The notes below the pieces were generated by a model. The model was not told where the DNA came from, did not search any database, and saw nothing but the letters and a program-made list of their open reading frames with translations. The position numbers and the translations under genes are program-made. DNA of 64,000 nucleotides, from contig NC_086097.1 of NCBI RefSeq assembly GCF_963921235.1, forward strand, positions 247,196,001-247,260,000, given 5' to 3'. Positions 51,405 through 63,004 of the stretch are shown piece after piece. How positions within the stretch are numbered: position 1 is the first letter of the stretch; every line of letters begins with the position of its first letter. Source of the DNA: Mobula hypostoma. Taxonomy: Eukaryota.

Positions 51405-54258
51405 GCTAATTTAGCAGGGGGATGGGAAACTGAGGGAGAGGACTGAGGATGGGGTGGTCGGTATACAAGCAGAGGCAGTGTGTGGTGAGACTGTCAGGAA
51501 GGACAGGCAGGTGATAGGGATGAGCTGCCGTCAGTGGGATGAGTTGCAGTGCAACGGGGGACTGCAGGGGTGGCAAACACAGACTGAAGGTGTTATATTT
51601 GAATGCACACAGCATATGGAATTAGGTGGATTATCTTGTAGTGCAGTTGGAGGTTGGCAGCTGTGACATTGTGGGCATCACTGAGTCTTGGCTGAAAGAA
51701 GATTATCGTTGGGAGTTTAACATCCAAAGATACACATTGTATTGAAAGGACAGGCAGGTAGGCAGATGAGGTAGCATGGCTCTGTTGGGAAAAAAAATGA
51801 AATCAAATCCTTAGAAAGAGGTGACATAGGAACAGAAGATGTGGAATTGTTGTGGGAAGATTTAAGGAACTGCAAGGGTATGAAGACCCTGATAGGAATT
51901 ATATAATTATATATAGGCATCCGAAAAGAGGCCAGGATTTGGGTTACAAATTACCAAGGGAGGTAGAAAATGCATTCCAAAAGGGAAATGTTATTATTGT
52001 CATAGGGGATTTCAATATGCAGGTGGATTGTGAAAATCAGGTTGGTGCTGGATCCCTAAAGAGGGAAATTGTAGAATGCCTACAAGATGGCTTTTTAGAG
52101 TAGCTTATGGTTGAGCCCATCAGTTATTTTTGATTGGGTTGGATTTATAATGGACCGGATTTGTTTAGGGAGCTTAAGGTAAAGGAACCCTTAGGAGACA
52201 GTGATGATAAAATGATAGAATTCTCCCTGCAATTTGAGACGGAGAAGCTAATGTCAGATGCATCGTTATTACTGTGGAGTAAAGTGAATGTCAGATTACA
52301 GAGACGTGAGAGAGGTGCTGGTCAAAATTGATTGGAAGGGGACTCTAGCAGCAATGACAGCAGAATGGCAATGGCTGGAGTTTCTGGGAGCAATTTGGAA
52401 GGCGCAGGATAGACACATCCCAAAGAAGAAGAAGAAGTATTCTAAACGCAGGATGAAACAATTGTGGCTGACAAGAGAAGTCAAAGCCAACATAAAAGCA
52501 AAAGAGAGGGCATATAATAGAGCAAAAACTAGTCAGGTTAGAGGATTGGGAAACTCTTTAATTTTTAAAAATCTGTTTATTTATGTATTTATTTATTTAT
52601 TGCTCAGCATAATAAAACTTTCAATTTCGAGATACATTTACATTTCTTCCCCTCACAGATATCAGCTATCAGAACACTTCCATCAAAATATAGACATCAC
52701 CACAACATCCTATACAGAAGCCCTTATTAGTATAGCAGACAGGTTTACATCTACATACTGCGGAAAAGGTTGCCATGTTTTATGAAAACTATTTGTTTTT
52801 GAGTATACCATACATCAAAAAGTCCAAAGGAATGTATTCCATGATTAATTTACGCCAACCAAAAAGTCCAGGGGCCTTATCGGATATCCAACAAAGTAAA
52901 ATGTTCTTCCTCACACAAAAAGTCAGGATGTTAAAAAGTTTTTTCTGATGTGCATTAATAATATGACTGCTGGGTAAGCCTAAGAGAAAAGACACTGGGT
53001 CCAGTTCAAGCTCCATCTTCAGAATCTTTTCCATTTCACCCAAAATAACACCCCAGTATGCCTGAAGTTTGGGACAAGTCCAAAAACAGTAGGTGAAAGT
53101 TCCAGTATTTACTTTACATTTGGAACACATTGGAGAAACCCCCATCTTAAATTTCAAGAGATGATCTGGAGTCAGATGGGCTCTATGAAGAATTTTGAGT
53201 TGCAATGCTTTAGTTCTATTACAAATTGAAATTTTCTTAGCACTATCACAGATGTCTTCCCATGTTTCAGCTGTAATTTCTACTCCCAGCCCTCCCTCCC
53301 AGATCCTTCCCAGCTGCTCTGCCTCTCCACAAGAACATTCCCTCAGGATGCTGTAAAAAGTACTAATGGAGACTTCACCCTTAGAACAAAACACCCTGTT
53401 TTCTATATCAGAACTATAGAAATCAGTTAACAATGATGCTTTTTTCTGTAAAAAAAACAAAAGGCAACTAAAAAGCCAAAAGGAATAAAAAGATGAAATT
53501 TGAAGGTAAGCTAGCTAATGATATCAAAGAAGGTACCAATATTTTTTTCAGATATATGAAGAGTTAAATAGAGGTGAGAGTAGATATTGGACTGCTGGAA
53601 AATGATGCTGGAGAGGTAGTAATGGGGGACAGGGAAATGGCAGGTGAACTGAAGTCTTCACTGTGGAAGACACCAGTAGTGTGGTGGAAGTTCAAGAGTG
53701 TCAGGGGCAGAAGTGAGTGGAGTTGCTTTTACTCAGAAGAAGGTGCTTTATGAAGCTGAAAGGTCTGTAGATGGGTCACCTGGACCAGATGGACTATACC
53801 TGAGGGTTCTGAAAGAGTAGCTAGAGAGATTGTGAAGGTATTAGTAATGATCCTTCAAGAATCACAGGATTTTGGCATGGTTCCTGAGGACTGGAAAATT
53901 GCAAATGTCAATTCACTGTTCAAGAAGGGAGGGAGGGAGGCAGAAGAAAGGAAATTATAGGCCACTTAGCCTGACCTCAGTGGCTGGGAAGACGTTGGAG
54001 TCCATTGTTAAGGATGAGGTTTTGGGGTACTTAGAGGCACATGCTAAAATCAGCCAAAATCAGCATGGTTCCCTCAAAGGAAAACCTTTCCAGACAAATC
54101 TGTTGGAGTTTTTTGAGAAAATAACAAGCAGGATGGACAAAGGAGAGTCAGTAGATGTTGTTTACTTGGATTTTCAAAAGGCCTTTGACAAGGTGCCATA
54201 TATGAGGCTGCATAACAAGCTACGAGCCCGTGGTATTACAGGAAAGATTCTAGGATAG
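51405..54258 (+). mobile_element. Older CR1 ORF2 (endonuclease to RT) split by an L1 insertion
   Basis: IGDFNMQVD, EPLGDSD, NYRPLSLTS and YLDFQKAFDKV in broken frames. Confidence 0.85.
52560..53448 (-). mobile_element. 5'-truncated L1-clade LINE (C-terminal zinc-finger region)
   Basis: ORF 52789-53460 reads LQLKILHRAHLTP...CSKC...YCFWTCPKLQAYW; (TAAA)n-like tail; inserted at an AT-rich site in the host CR1. Confidence 0.85.
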
Positions 54259-54589
54259 ATTTTTCTCCCCATTTAGAAAATAGTCAATGCCTTAAGGGAA
54301 ATAGGTCGAAAAATAGATAGGAAACAGGGGATGCTTGTGCGGATCAATGAAGCCTTTGAGTAAATGCGTCCACTTCAAAAAACACTTGTGAGACTTTAAT
54401 GACATTTGTGACCTATACATCACATTTCCTGCTCCTAGAGTCGTATTGTTTGTTCTGAGACACCTGCTTTCACCCCCAGGTTAGTGGCGTTATTAGTTTT
54501 GCTAGTAGGGTTTTTATTTAGAGGTTATTATGGTTAGCTTGGTTTCCATGGATGTCCAGTTATAAAACGGAGCACTAGCTTGCATAGTA

Positions 54590-55200
54590 TCTAGGATATC
54601 TTCAGGGAGAAATGCCTCAAAAAGGCGGATTCCATCGTTGAGGACCCCCATAACGCAGGACTTCTCATTGCTACCATCAGGAAGAAGGTACAGAAGCCTG
54701 AATCAATGATTCAGGAACAGCTTCTTCCCCTCTGCCACCTGATTTCTGAATGGACATTGAACCCATAAACACTACCTCACCACTTTTTTATTTCTAATTT
54801 TGCACTACTTGTTTAATTTCTCTCGCTCTCTCTGTATATATATATATACTGTAATTCAGTTTATTTCTTTATTATTATGTATTGCAAGGTACTGCAAGGT
54901 CAACAAATTTTATGACATATGCTGGTGATACTAACCCTAATTCTGATTCTGATTCTGAGCAGTTCCACAATGGGGTATCCCTCAATTCCATGAGCTAATT
55001 CATCAGCTTTTTTAAAAATTAAATGATAAACAGGAGAGATTCTGCAGATAAATCCAGAGTAACACACACAAAATGCAGGAGGATTTCAGCAAGTCAGGCA
55101 GCATCTATGGACAGAAATAAAGAGTCACAGTTTCTGGCTGAGACCTGCCGTGTTCCTGAATTCTTTTGATCCCACTTCTTCTGGCATTTGTGTGTGTTAC
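54590..55200. mobile_element. Rex-type LINE 3' end plus an inverted Penelope tail pair (~55030-55200)
   Basis: PSGRRYRSL..FRNSFFP; tail (CTGATT)n; aaatgcaggaggatttcagc faces ctggcatttgtgtgtg. Confidence 0.7.
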
Positions 55201-55350
55201 AATGAAGGTACAATTTTTAACCTGCCCTCTATTTTTTTAAAATTTTTAATCTGTACCTTAACCCTTGCCTCCTTCCACTTTTTTCTCCTTGGGTATCGCT
55301 CCTGGCAAGGTAAATGAACACTGACGGAATAGGAAGAGGTAAATATTTAC

Positions 55351-55560
55351 CTGCTGGCCTGGCTTGATGGGTGACAGTGTAATTCCTTGTGTGTTGATTA
55401 CTGGCAGGATCTGATTTCCAATCACCGTGGCAATGATCTGACCTTGGGCATTAGTCAGAAGCTGAGGGGTAATTGGTTGCACTTGGATGCCTTGAGTCCC
55501 ACCTGCATTTTGATTGGATGGCACTGTAGGGTTCGACATTAAAGGGATTGTCCCAATTAT
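55351..55560 (-). CDS. POU6F2: POU6F2 internal coding exon (210 nt, phase 0/0)
   Basis: Minus strand reads ctttttttctctcattgtAG|ATAATTGGG...CAGCAG|GTaaat. It encodes IIGTIPLMSNPTVPSNQNAGGTQGIQVQPITPQLLTNAQGQIIATVIGNQILPVINTQGITLSPIKPGQQ, closely matching my recollection of vertebrate POU6F2. Confidence 0.96.
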
Positions 55561-55719
55561 CTACAATGAGAGAAAAAAAGAATATATTGAAAAACATCAG
55601 CAAGGAATTCAATGTGATTTTCTCCACTAGGCTTCCTGTTGAAATATTTAACAGTATTGAGTACACTGAACAATATGTTATAAATTCAGTTGCCACTGTC
55701 TTAGCTAACTCTTGTTTCT

Positions 55720-56060
55720 AATAAAGTGGCCACTGAGAGCATGTTCATGGTCTTCTGCTGCTGTAGCCCATCCACTTCAAGGTTCCGTGTGCTGTGTGAT
55801 CAGAGATGCTCTTCTGCACACCACTGCTGTACAAAGTTCAAAGTAATTTTATTATCAAAGTGCATACACAACCCTGAGATTAATTTTTTATGTGGTTATT
55901 TGAGTTACTGTCACCTTCTTGTCAACCTGAACCAGTCTGGCCATTCCCTTCTGACCTTTCTCAGTAACAAGGCAGAACTGCTGCTCACTGGATGGTTTTT
56001 GACTTTCACTCCATTCTCTGTAAACTCTAGAGACAGCTGTGCGTGAAAATAGGGTAAATG
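55720..56060. mobile_element. Partial Tc1-derived MITE
   Basis: aataaagtggccactgag and the body sequence are shared with 60585-61405. Confidence 0.7.
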
Positions 56061-56949
56061 ACGACGGGCTTTTCCACTGTGGTTGGGTGAGACGAAGGTT
56101 AAGACCATAAGACACAGGAGCAGAATTAGGCCATTTGGCCCATCGAGTCTGCTCCACCATCTCATCATGGCCGATCCATTTCCTCTTTCAGCCCCAACCT
56201 TTCGCCTACCCCCATATCCCTTCATGCCCTGATCAATCAAAGATGTCTGCCTTAAATAAACATAAAGACTTGGCCTCAACAGCTGCCTGTGGCAATGAAT
56301 TTCATAGATTCACTACTCTCTGGCTAAAGAAACTCCTCCTCATCTCTGTTCTAAAAGGGCACCCCTCTATTCTGAGGCTGTGTCCTCTGGTCTTAGACAC
56401 TCCCACCATAAGAAACATCCTCTCAACATCTACTCTAGGCCTTTCACTATTTAATAGGTTTCAATGAGGTCACCCCTCATTCTTCTGAATGATATCGAAT
56501 ATGGGCCCAGAGCCATTAAACCCTTTTCATATGACAAGCCGTTTAATCCTGGATTAATTAAGGGTGGAAGGTGAACTGTCTAAGAGGAACATGAGATGGA
56601 ACTGCTTCACAGACAGGGTGGTGAGAGTGTGGAATGAGCTGCCAGCACAAGTGGTGAATACGGGTTTGATTTCAACATTTAAGGGACATTAAATAGATGG
56701 AAGAGGAATGGAGGGTGATGGTCTGGGTGCAGTACCATGGGAGGAGGCAGAGTTATTAATGGAATTTCCTGTATGTTAGTGAATAGGGCTTACAGGCCTA
56801 TGTGTGAATTTCCTCAGTAAGATGGCTGTGGAGTCTAGGTCATTGGGTATATTCAATGTGGAAGTTAATAAGTTCTTAATTAATAAGGGTGTTGAAGGTT
56901 ATGAGGAGAAGGCAGGACAATGGGGTTGACGGATAATAAATCAGCTACG

Positions 56950-57700
56950 ATAGAACACAGAACATAGAACATAGAATAGTACAGCACAGTACAGGCCCTT
57001 CGGCCCACAATGTTGTGCCGACTCTCAAACCCTGCCTCCCATATAAGCCCCCACCTTAAGTTCCTCCATATACCTGTCCAGTAGTCTCTTAAACTTCACT
57101 AGTGTATCTGCCTCCACCACTGACTCAGGGAGTGCATTCCACGCACCAACCACTCTCTGAGTAAAAAACCTTCCTCTAATATCCCCCTTGAACTTCCCAC
57201 CCCTTACTTTAAAGCCATGCCCTCTTGTATTGAGCAGTGGTGCCCTGGGGAAGAGGTGCTGGCTATCCACTCTATCTATTCCCCTTAATATCATGTATAC
57301 CTCTATCATGTCTCCTCTCATCATCCTTCTCTCCAAAGAGTAAAGCCCTAGCTCCCTTAATCTCTGATCATAATGCATACTCTCTAAACCAGGCAGCATC
57401 CTGGTAAATCTCCTCTATCCCTTTCCAATGCTTCCACATCTTTCCTACAGTGAGGTGACTAGAACTGGACACAGTACTCCAAGTGTGGCTTAACCAGAGT
57501 TTTATAGAGCTGCATCATTACATCGCGACTCTTAAACTCTATCCTTTGACTTATGAAAGCTAACACCCCATAAGCTTTCTTAACTACCCTATCCACCTGT
57601 GAGGCAACTTTCAAGGATCTGTGGACATGTACCCCGAGATCCCTCTGCTCCTCCACACTACCAAGTATCCTGCCATTTACTTTGTACTCTGCCTTGGAGC
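56950..57700 (-). mobile_element. Young CR1 subfamily 3' end
   Basis: ORFs 57025-57719, the reverse complement of ~49405-50130; tail (ATAGAAC)n. Confidence 0.93.
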
Positions 57701-58309
57701 TTGTCTTGCTGGATGGCATGCCGGAACAGATTTGATGGACTGAATGGCCTAATTCTGCTCCTTTGTCCTAAGTCTTTAGATGCACACAACTCCGGACTAA
57801 AAATAAAGAGATTAGCTTTATTTCTCATGAGTACATCAAAACATAGAGTGAAACGCATTACTTCCATCCACAACCATCAGATTTCAAGGATGTTGCCGCT
57901 TCTGGAGGACCCGAGTTATAAGGAAAGATTGAATATGTCCGGGCTTTATTCCTTGGAATGTAGAAGGTTGGGAGGCATACAAAATTATGAGGGGTATAGA
58001 TCAGATAAATGCAACCGGCTTTTTCCACTGAGGTTGTGTGGGACTACAACTTGAAGTCATGGGTTAATGGTGAAAGGTGAAAAGTTTAAGGGGAACACGA
58101 GTGGAAACTTCTTCACTCAGAGGGTGGTGAGAGTGTGGAACGAGCTGCCAGCACAAGTGGTGCATGCGAGCTTGATTTCAACATTTAAGTGAAGTTCAGA
58201 TAGGTACATGGATGGTAGAGGCATGGAGGGCGATGGTCCCAGTGCAGGTTGATGGGGGTAGGCAGTTTAAATGGGCCAAAGGGCCTGATTCTGTGCTGTA
58301 CTTTTCTAT

Positions 58310-58540
58310 AGCTCTATGTGCTGGAGGCAGCCTGCTTGCAGTGCCCACATTGCTTGCCGACAACTTACTAACCCTAACCCTAACCCGTATATCTTTGGAA
58401 TGCGGGAGGAAACCAGAGCACGTGGAGGAAACCCACGTGGTCACAGGAAAAGCGTGCAGCCTCCTTACAGGTAGCGCCCGGACTTGAACCCCGATCGCTG
58501 ACGCTGGTGCAGTCACGTGTTGCACTGATTGTGCTGCCCA
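58310..58540 (-). mobile_element. V-SINE (tRNA head)
   Basis: Minus strand GGGGTTCAAGTCC B box and tgctctggtttcctcccgcattccaaag; another copy lies at ~59170-59452 (-). Confidence 0.75.
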
Positions 58541-58643
58541 GAATGGAATGCTGTGTTCTAGAAAGACTGGTTATGGACAAAAATCCCTTTTCAATAGTGA
58601 ATTCTAATCTGCACCTCCGATTCTTGTTTTCATTCATAGTAGG

Positions 58644-59063
58644 TGTAGTGCTCTCGTGCAGTGTGTTGAAACTCTGACTAAACACCAAGTTAAACTGGAG
58701 CCAATGAAGACAGAGTCGTAGTAAGGTTAACCATTTACTGTTCACTCTTCCACATTAACATCGTATGGTGAAAAGGCGTTGCTTCTATAATGTTTCTTTG
58801 TGGGTAGTCACGGAGATCTTCACGATCATGCCACACGCATGGCACCCACCTTCACACCTTCTCCGAACCGGAGGTTACACATAAGATGCGGCGAAAGCAG
58901 AGGTGACGTCATCACATGCCGCGATATACCATAGACAATGAATTTACCTTTGTTATACTGTAACTTAATTATCAACCTTTAACTTTAACTAGAAAATAGT
59001 TGCAAACAGATCATTTAAAATGTAGTCCCAACAAAGTCAGATAAATGCCTTAAAGGCAACACA
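58644..59063. mobile_element. Solo LTR (420 bp) with a 5-bp TSD
   Basis: GTAGG|TGTAGTGC...GCAACACA|GTAGG; TG...CA ends; no internal coding sequence. Confidence 0.8.
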
Positions 59064-60584
59064 GTAGGTTTAATATTTACTCATTCTTAAAGACTTGTTC
59101 TACTATAGTATCTCAGTAAAAGAAAAAGAAACAAACCTGCAAAATAAAGATTGAAGAGAAAAGCGACATTATTTATTTATTTTATCAAGAAACGGTGAGG
59201 AGTAGGCTTTTCTGTCCCCTTGAGCCTCGCCCAGCAATCCCCAAATTTAATCCTCATCATGGGACAATTTATAAACTCCAATTAACAAACCAACTCATAT
59301 GTCTTTGGACAGCAGGAGTAGACTGGAGCACCCGGAGAAAACCCATGCAGTCACAGGTAGAACGTACAAACTCCTTACAGGTAGTGGTGGAAATTGAACG
59401 TGGGTCTCTGTACTGTAAAGCATTGTGCTAGCCACTATGCTACTGTGCTGCCCAAAGCTGCAATTAATGTACTTTTATATATAATCGGAATACAATAACA
59501 AATTTAATTTTATAATTAATTATATGAAACTGAAGTCTGGAAGTAGTACATTGTAAACATATTTGAATATATATGTATTCTTCACTCTAATGCACAACCT
59601 ATGGACTAACTTTCAAGGACTCTTCGCTCTATTATGAATAATGGTTCAGCATGGATTAGATGGGCCAAAGGGACTGTTTCTGTGCTGTAGTGGTCTAAGA
59701 CTCTATGCTTCTGTGACTGTATAAACTCATGTTCTCAGTATTTATGTATTTATTATTACCAAAAGACATAGGAGAAAATTAGGCCATTCAGCCCATCAAG
59801 TCTACTCTGCCATTCCATCATGATTGATCCATTTCCCTCTCAAACGCATTCTCTTGCCTTCTCCTTCTTATATTTCATGCCCCGATGAATCAAGAACATA
59901 TCAATATCGGCCTTAAATGCACCCTGTTTTTGTATTTGTGCAAATTGTCTTCTTTCGCACATTAGTTGTTTCTCAGTCTCTCTGTGTAGCTATTATATTT
60001 TTTGTTCTACTGCCAATGCCTGCAAGAAAATAAATCTCAAGTGTATGGTGATGAATATGGATTTTGATAATACATTTACTTCGAACCTTAACCAGCGAAG
60101 GCAAAGGGTCTCTTATTATCACAATGTATTTCATAAACTGCAAAATCTGAAAATATGGGGCAGGGTAGTGGAGGATTGAAGCATATGATATTGAAAAGGC
60201 TTGCTGAGGGAAGGATTTGGCTTTGAAGCTCAATACTGTACTCTGACGATGAGAGATGGGAGCATGTGTATGTGTGCCTTTATTTTTCTGCTGATGCCTG
60301 CGACCAGTTTTATGACCTGATTATGTCGGCGAGTCTCAGCGGCTGAGATACTGCACAGGCAAGTGCTTCCCATCAAGCCCCGTTCCCAAGTAATGACTTG
60401 TACAGCCACAGGCTTGCTGCAAAGCCGAGAATCCATCAAACCTCATTAGTTAGCACCAGAGTCCCTTGTAGACAAATAAACATTATCTCATCAGAACAAT
60501 GAGGAAGCCCCAAAGCACCGAGCATTCCTTAATTCAATCAACCGATCTACTTGCCTAATATTGTAGTCTGCGGGTTGAAACATA

Positions 60585-61405
60585 CACTCTGTGGCCACTT
60601 TGGGGGCGGTGCAGTAGCATAGTGGTTAGCGTGAGGTACAGGTAATCCGGGTTCAATTCCTGTAAGGAGTTAGTACGTTCTCCTCGTGACTGCGTAAGGA
60701 GTTAGTACGCTCTCCACGTGACCGCGCAAGCTTCTTCTGTGTGCTCCAGTTTCTTTCCACAGTCCAAAGTCATACAGGTTGGTAAGTCAATTGGTCATTG
60801 CGAGTTGTCCTGTGATTAGGCTAGGATTAAATTGGGAGATTGCTGGACAGCGTGAGTCGAAGGGCTGGAAGGGCAAATTCCGTGCTGTACATCAACAAAT
60901 TAATAAATCCTGTACCTAACAAAGTGGCCTCTGCATGTACGTTCGAGGTCTTCTGCTGCCGTAGCCCGTGAACTTTAAGGTTCAAGGTATGCATTCAGAG
61001 ATGCTCATCTGCACACCACTCTTGTAATGCATGGTTATTTGAGTTACTGCTTGAAGCAGTCTGGCCATCCTCCCCTGACCCCTCCGTTTTCCACTCACTG
61101 GATGTTTTTTTTGTTTTTCCGCACTATTCTCTGTAAACGCTAGAGACTGTTGAGTGTGAAAATCCCAGAAAATCAGCAGATTCTGAGATACTCAAATCAC
61201 TCCCAAATGGCACCAACAATCATTTTACGGTCAAAGTCACTTGGATCATATGTGTTCCCCATTCTGATATTTGATCTGATAACATCTGAACCTCTTGACC
61301 ATGTCTGCATGCTTTTATGCATTGAATTGCTGCTACATGATTGGCTCATTGGATATTGTGTTAATGAGCAGGTGTACAGCTGTACCTAATAAAGTGGCCA
61401 CTGAG
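60585..61405. mobile_element. Tc1-derived MITE with a V-SINE (~60602-60907) inserted in its left TIR
   Basis: TA|CACTCTGTGGCCACTT...AAAGTGGCCACTGAG. The SINE has A box TAGCATAGTGG, B box GGTTCAATTCC and the V-domain. Confidence 0.8.
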
Positions 61406-62224
61406 CTTATCTTCATGAATCTGGTTAATGTAAACATTTGATTGATAACTCATTTAATTCTGCATACAAAGTGCATTTTAAATCAGGAGCCGCTTGTTAA
61501 ACAAGGCACGGTTACAAATGGAAAGGAGCTTCTTGGCAGCCTTAACCTAACATTAGCAGTTAATCTATGGGAAACGTTTGATAAGATCTTACAAGGCTTC
61601 ACTGCACAGTGGCGATAATGGCCCAGCTTTTTATCTTAATACACCTTCTGTTGCTTATTGTCTTTACACCTCGAAGTATCAGGCAATAAAGCATCGAACA
61701 CCTCACTCAAACAGTGTCGCTTTTCATAACACGGGACACAATAAGTTTAATAGCACTTTTAAGCTGTTATCTACATGAAAATGACATCCTAAACGCTGTA
61801 AGCATTAACCCTAAGGGCAGTGAAAATTTTAGCAAGGGAAGCTTATTATTGTTCGGAGGATTTAAAGAGACGACGGATAAAACAGGAAATAATGACATTG
61901 TTGGTGTTTTTTTCTTTATAAGTTTGAAATGAAAGAGAAGATTGGCTGCTTGTTTGTAGGGTTGTTTGCTGAGCCTGGTGGTTAGGTCACAAACATTTTG
62001 TCACCAATCGACGTGGCATCAGGAGTGCGCAGTTGAGTGTTGTTTCTGCCCAGTGCTCGTGTTTACCGTATATCGGTCTGAGTCGTTTTGAATGGATGGC
62101 TGTTGTTCTGGCCCCCGGCCAACTGGATAACTGAGTGTTCTCCACTGGCCCGTATCCCTAGTTATCAGTTGTGAGTGCTGGCTTCTTGGGACCCAATTTA
62201 CAGTTCTTCAAATATGAGAAAAGG

Positions 62225-62790
62225 TGAGGTTGGAGGAGCAACCCCTTATATTCTGTCTGGGTAGCCTCCGGCCCAATGGAATGAGCACCGATTTCTCAAA
62301 CTTCCAGTAATAGCCCCCACCCCTCGTTCACCATTGCCCATTCTTGTTTCCCTCTCACACCCTCTTTTCTTACAACACACATCAAAGTTGCTGGTGAACG
62401 CAGCAGGCCAGGCAGCATCTCTAGGAAGAGGTACAGTCGATGTTTCAGGCCGAGACCCTTCGTCAGGACCGACGTTTCAGGCCAAGACCCTTCGTCAGGA
62501 CTCGGCCTGAAACGTCGACTGTACCTCTTCCTAGAGATGCTGCCCGGCCTGCTGCCTTTTCCAGCGCTTTATCTCTTTCACTGATCAACTTCGGAACTCT
62601 CTACTTCAACCCCTCCCCCTCTCCCGGTTTCGCCTGCCACCTTCTACTTCTTCCTCCGCTCCCCCCACCTTCTTAGCCGTGCTCCTCCCACCTTCCTTTC
62701 CAGTCCTGATGAAGGATCTCAGTCTGTGTACTTTTTTCCATGGATGCTGCCTGGCCTGCTGAATTCCTCCAGCACTTTGTGTTTGCATTG
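62225..62790. mobile_element. Penelope 3' fragment containing a second, inverted Penelope insert (~62375-62570)
   Basis: GIY-YIG end at 62225-62310 and tail at 62700-62790; the internal segment is an inverted repeat. Confidence 0.85.
62435..62502 (-). ncRNA. Tandem pair of minimal hammerhead ribozyme motifs
   Basis: Minus strand AGTC-CTGACGA-AGGGTCTTGGCCT-GAAA-CGTC-GGTC-CTGACGA-AGGGTCTCGGCCT-GAAA-CATC-GACT, with a 32-nt period. Confidence 0.75.
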
Positions 62791-63004
62791 CTTCCAGTTC
62801 TTCATAAAGTATTACCTGTGCGGCAGCATCTGTGGTAACGATTGCTATCTAATGACCAATTGCCAAATCTGATGATACCATTGTAGTCACTGGGATCTAC
62901 CCAGTCCATAAGACTATGAGATTTAAGTCCGTGATCATAAACCTGATTCTGAATCAGATTCAGATTCTAATTCTGTTCTGAGCAGTAAACAGTCTCCTAA
63001 ATAT

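Noticed and set aside
55258..55350. ORF extension beyond PIKPGQQ
   Set aside because: Intronic read-through past the GTAAAT donor; POU6F2 similarity stops at the donor.
60230..60439. Minus-strand ORF as another POU6F2 exon
   Set aside because: No resemblance to POU6F2 protein sequence and no convincing splice sites.
62435..62520. CRISPR-like short repeats
   Set aside because: Only two adjacent units without unique spacers, in a eukaryotic Penelope context.
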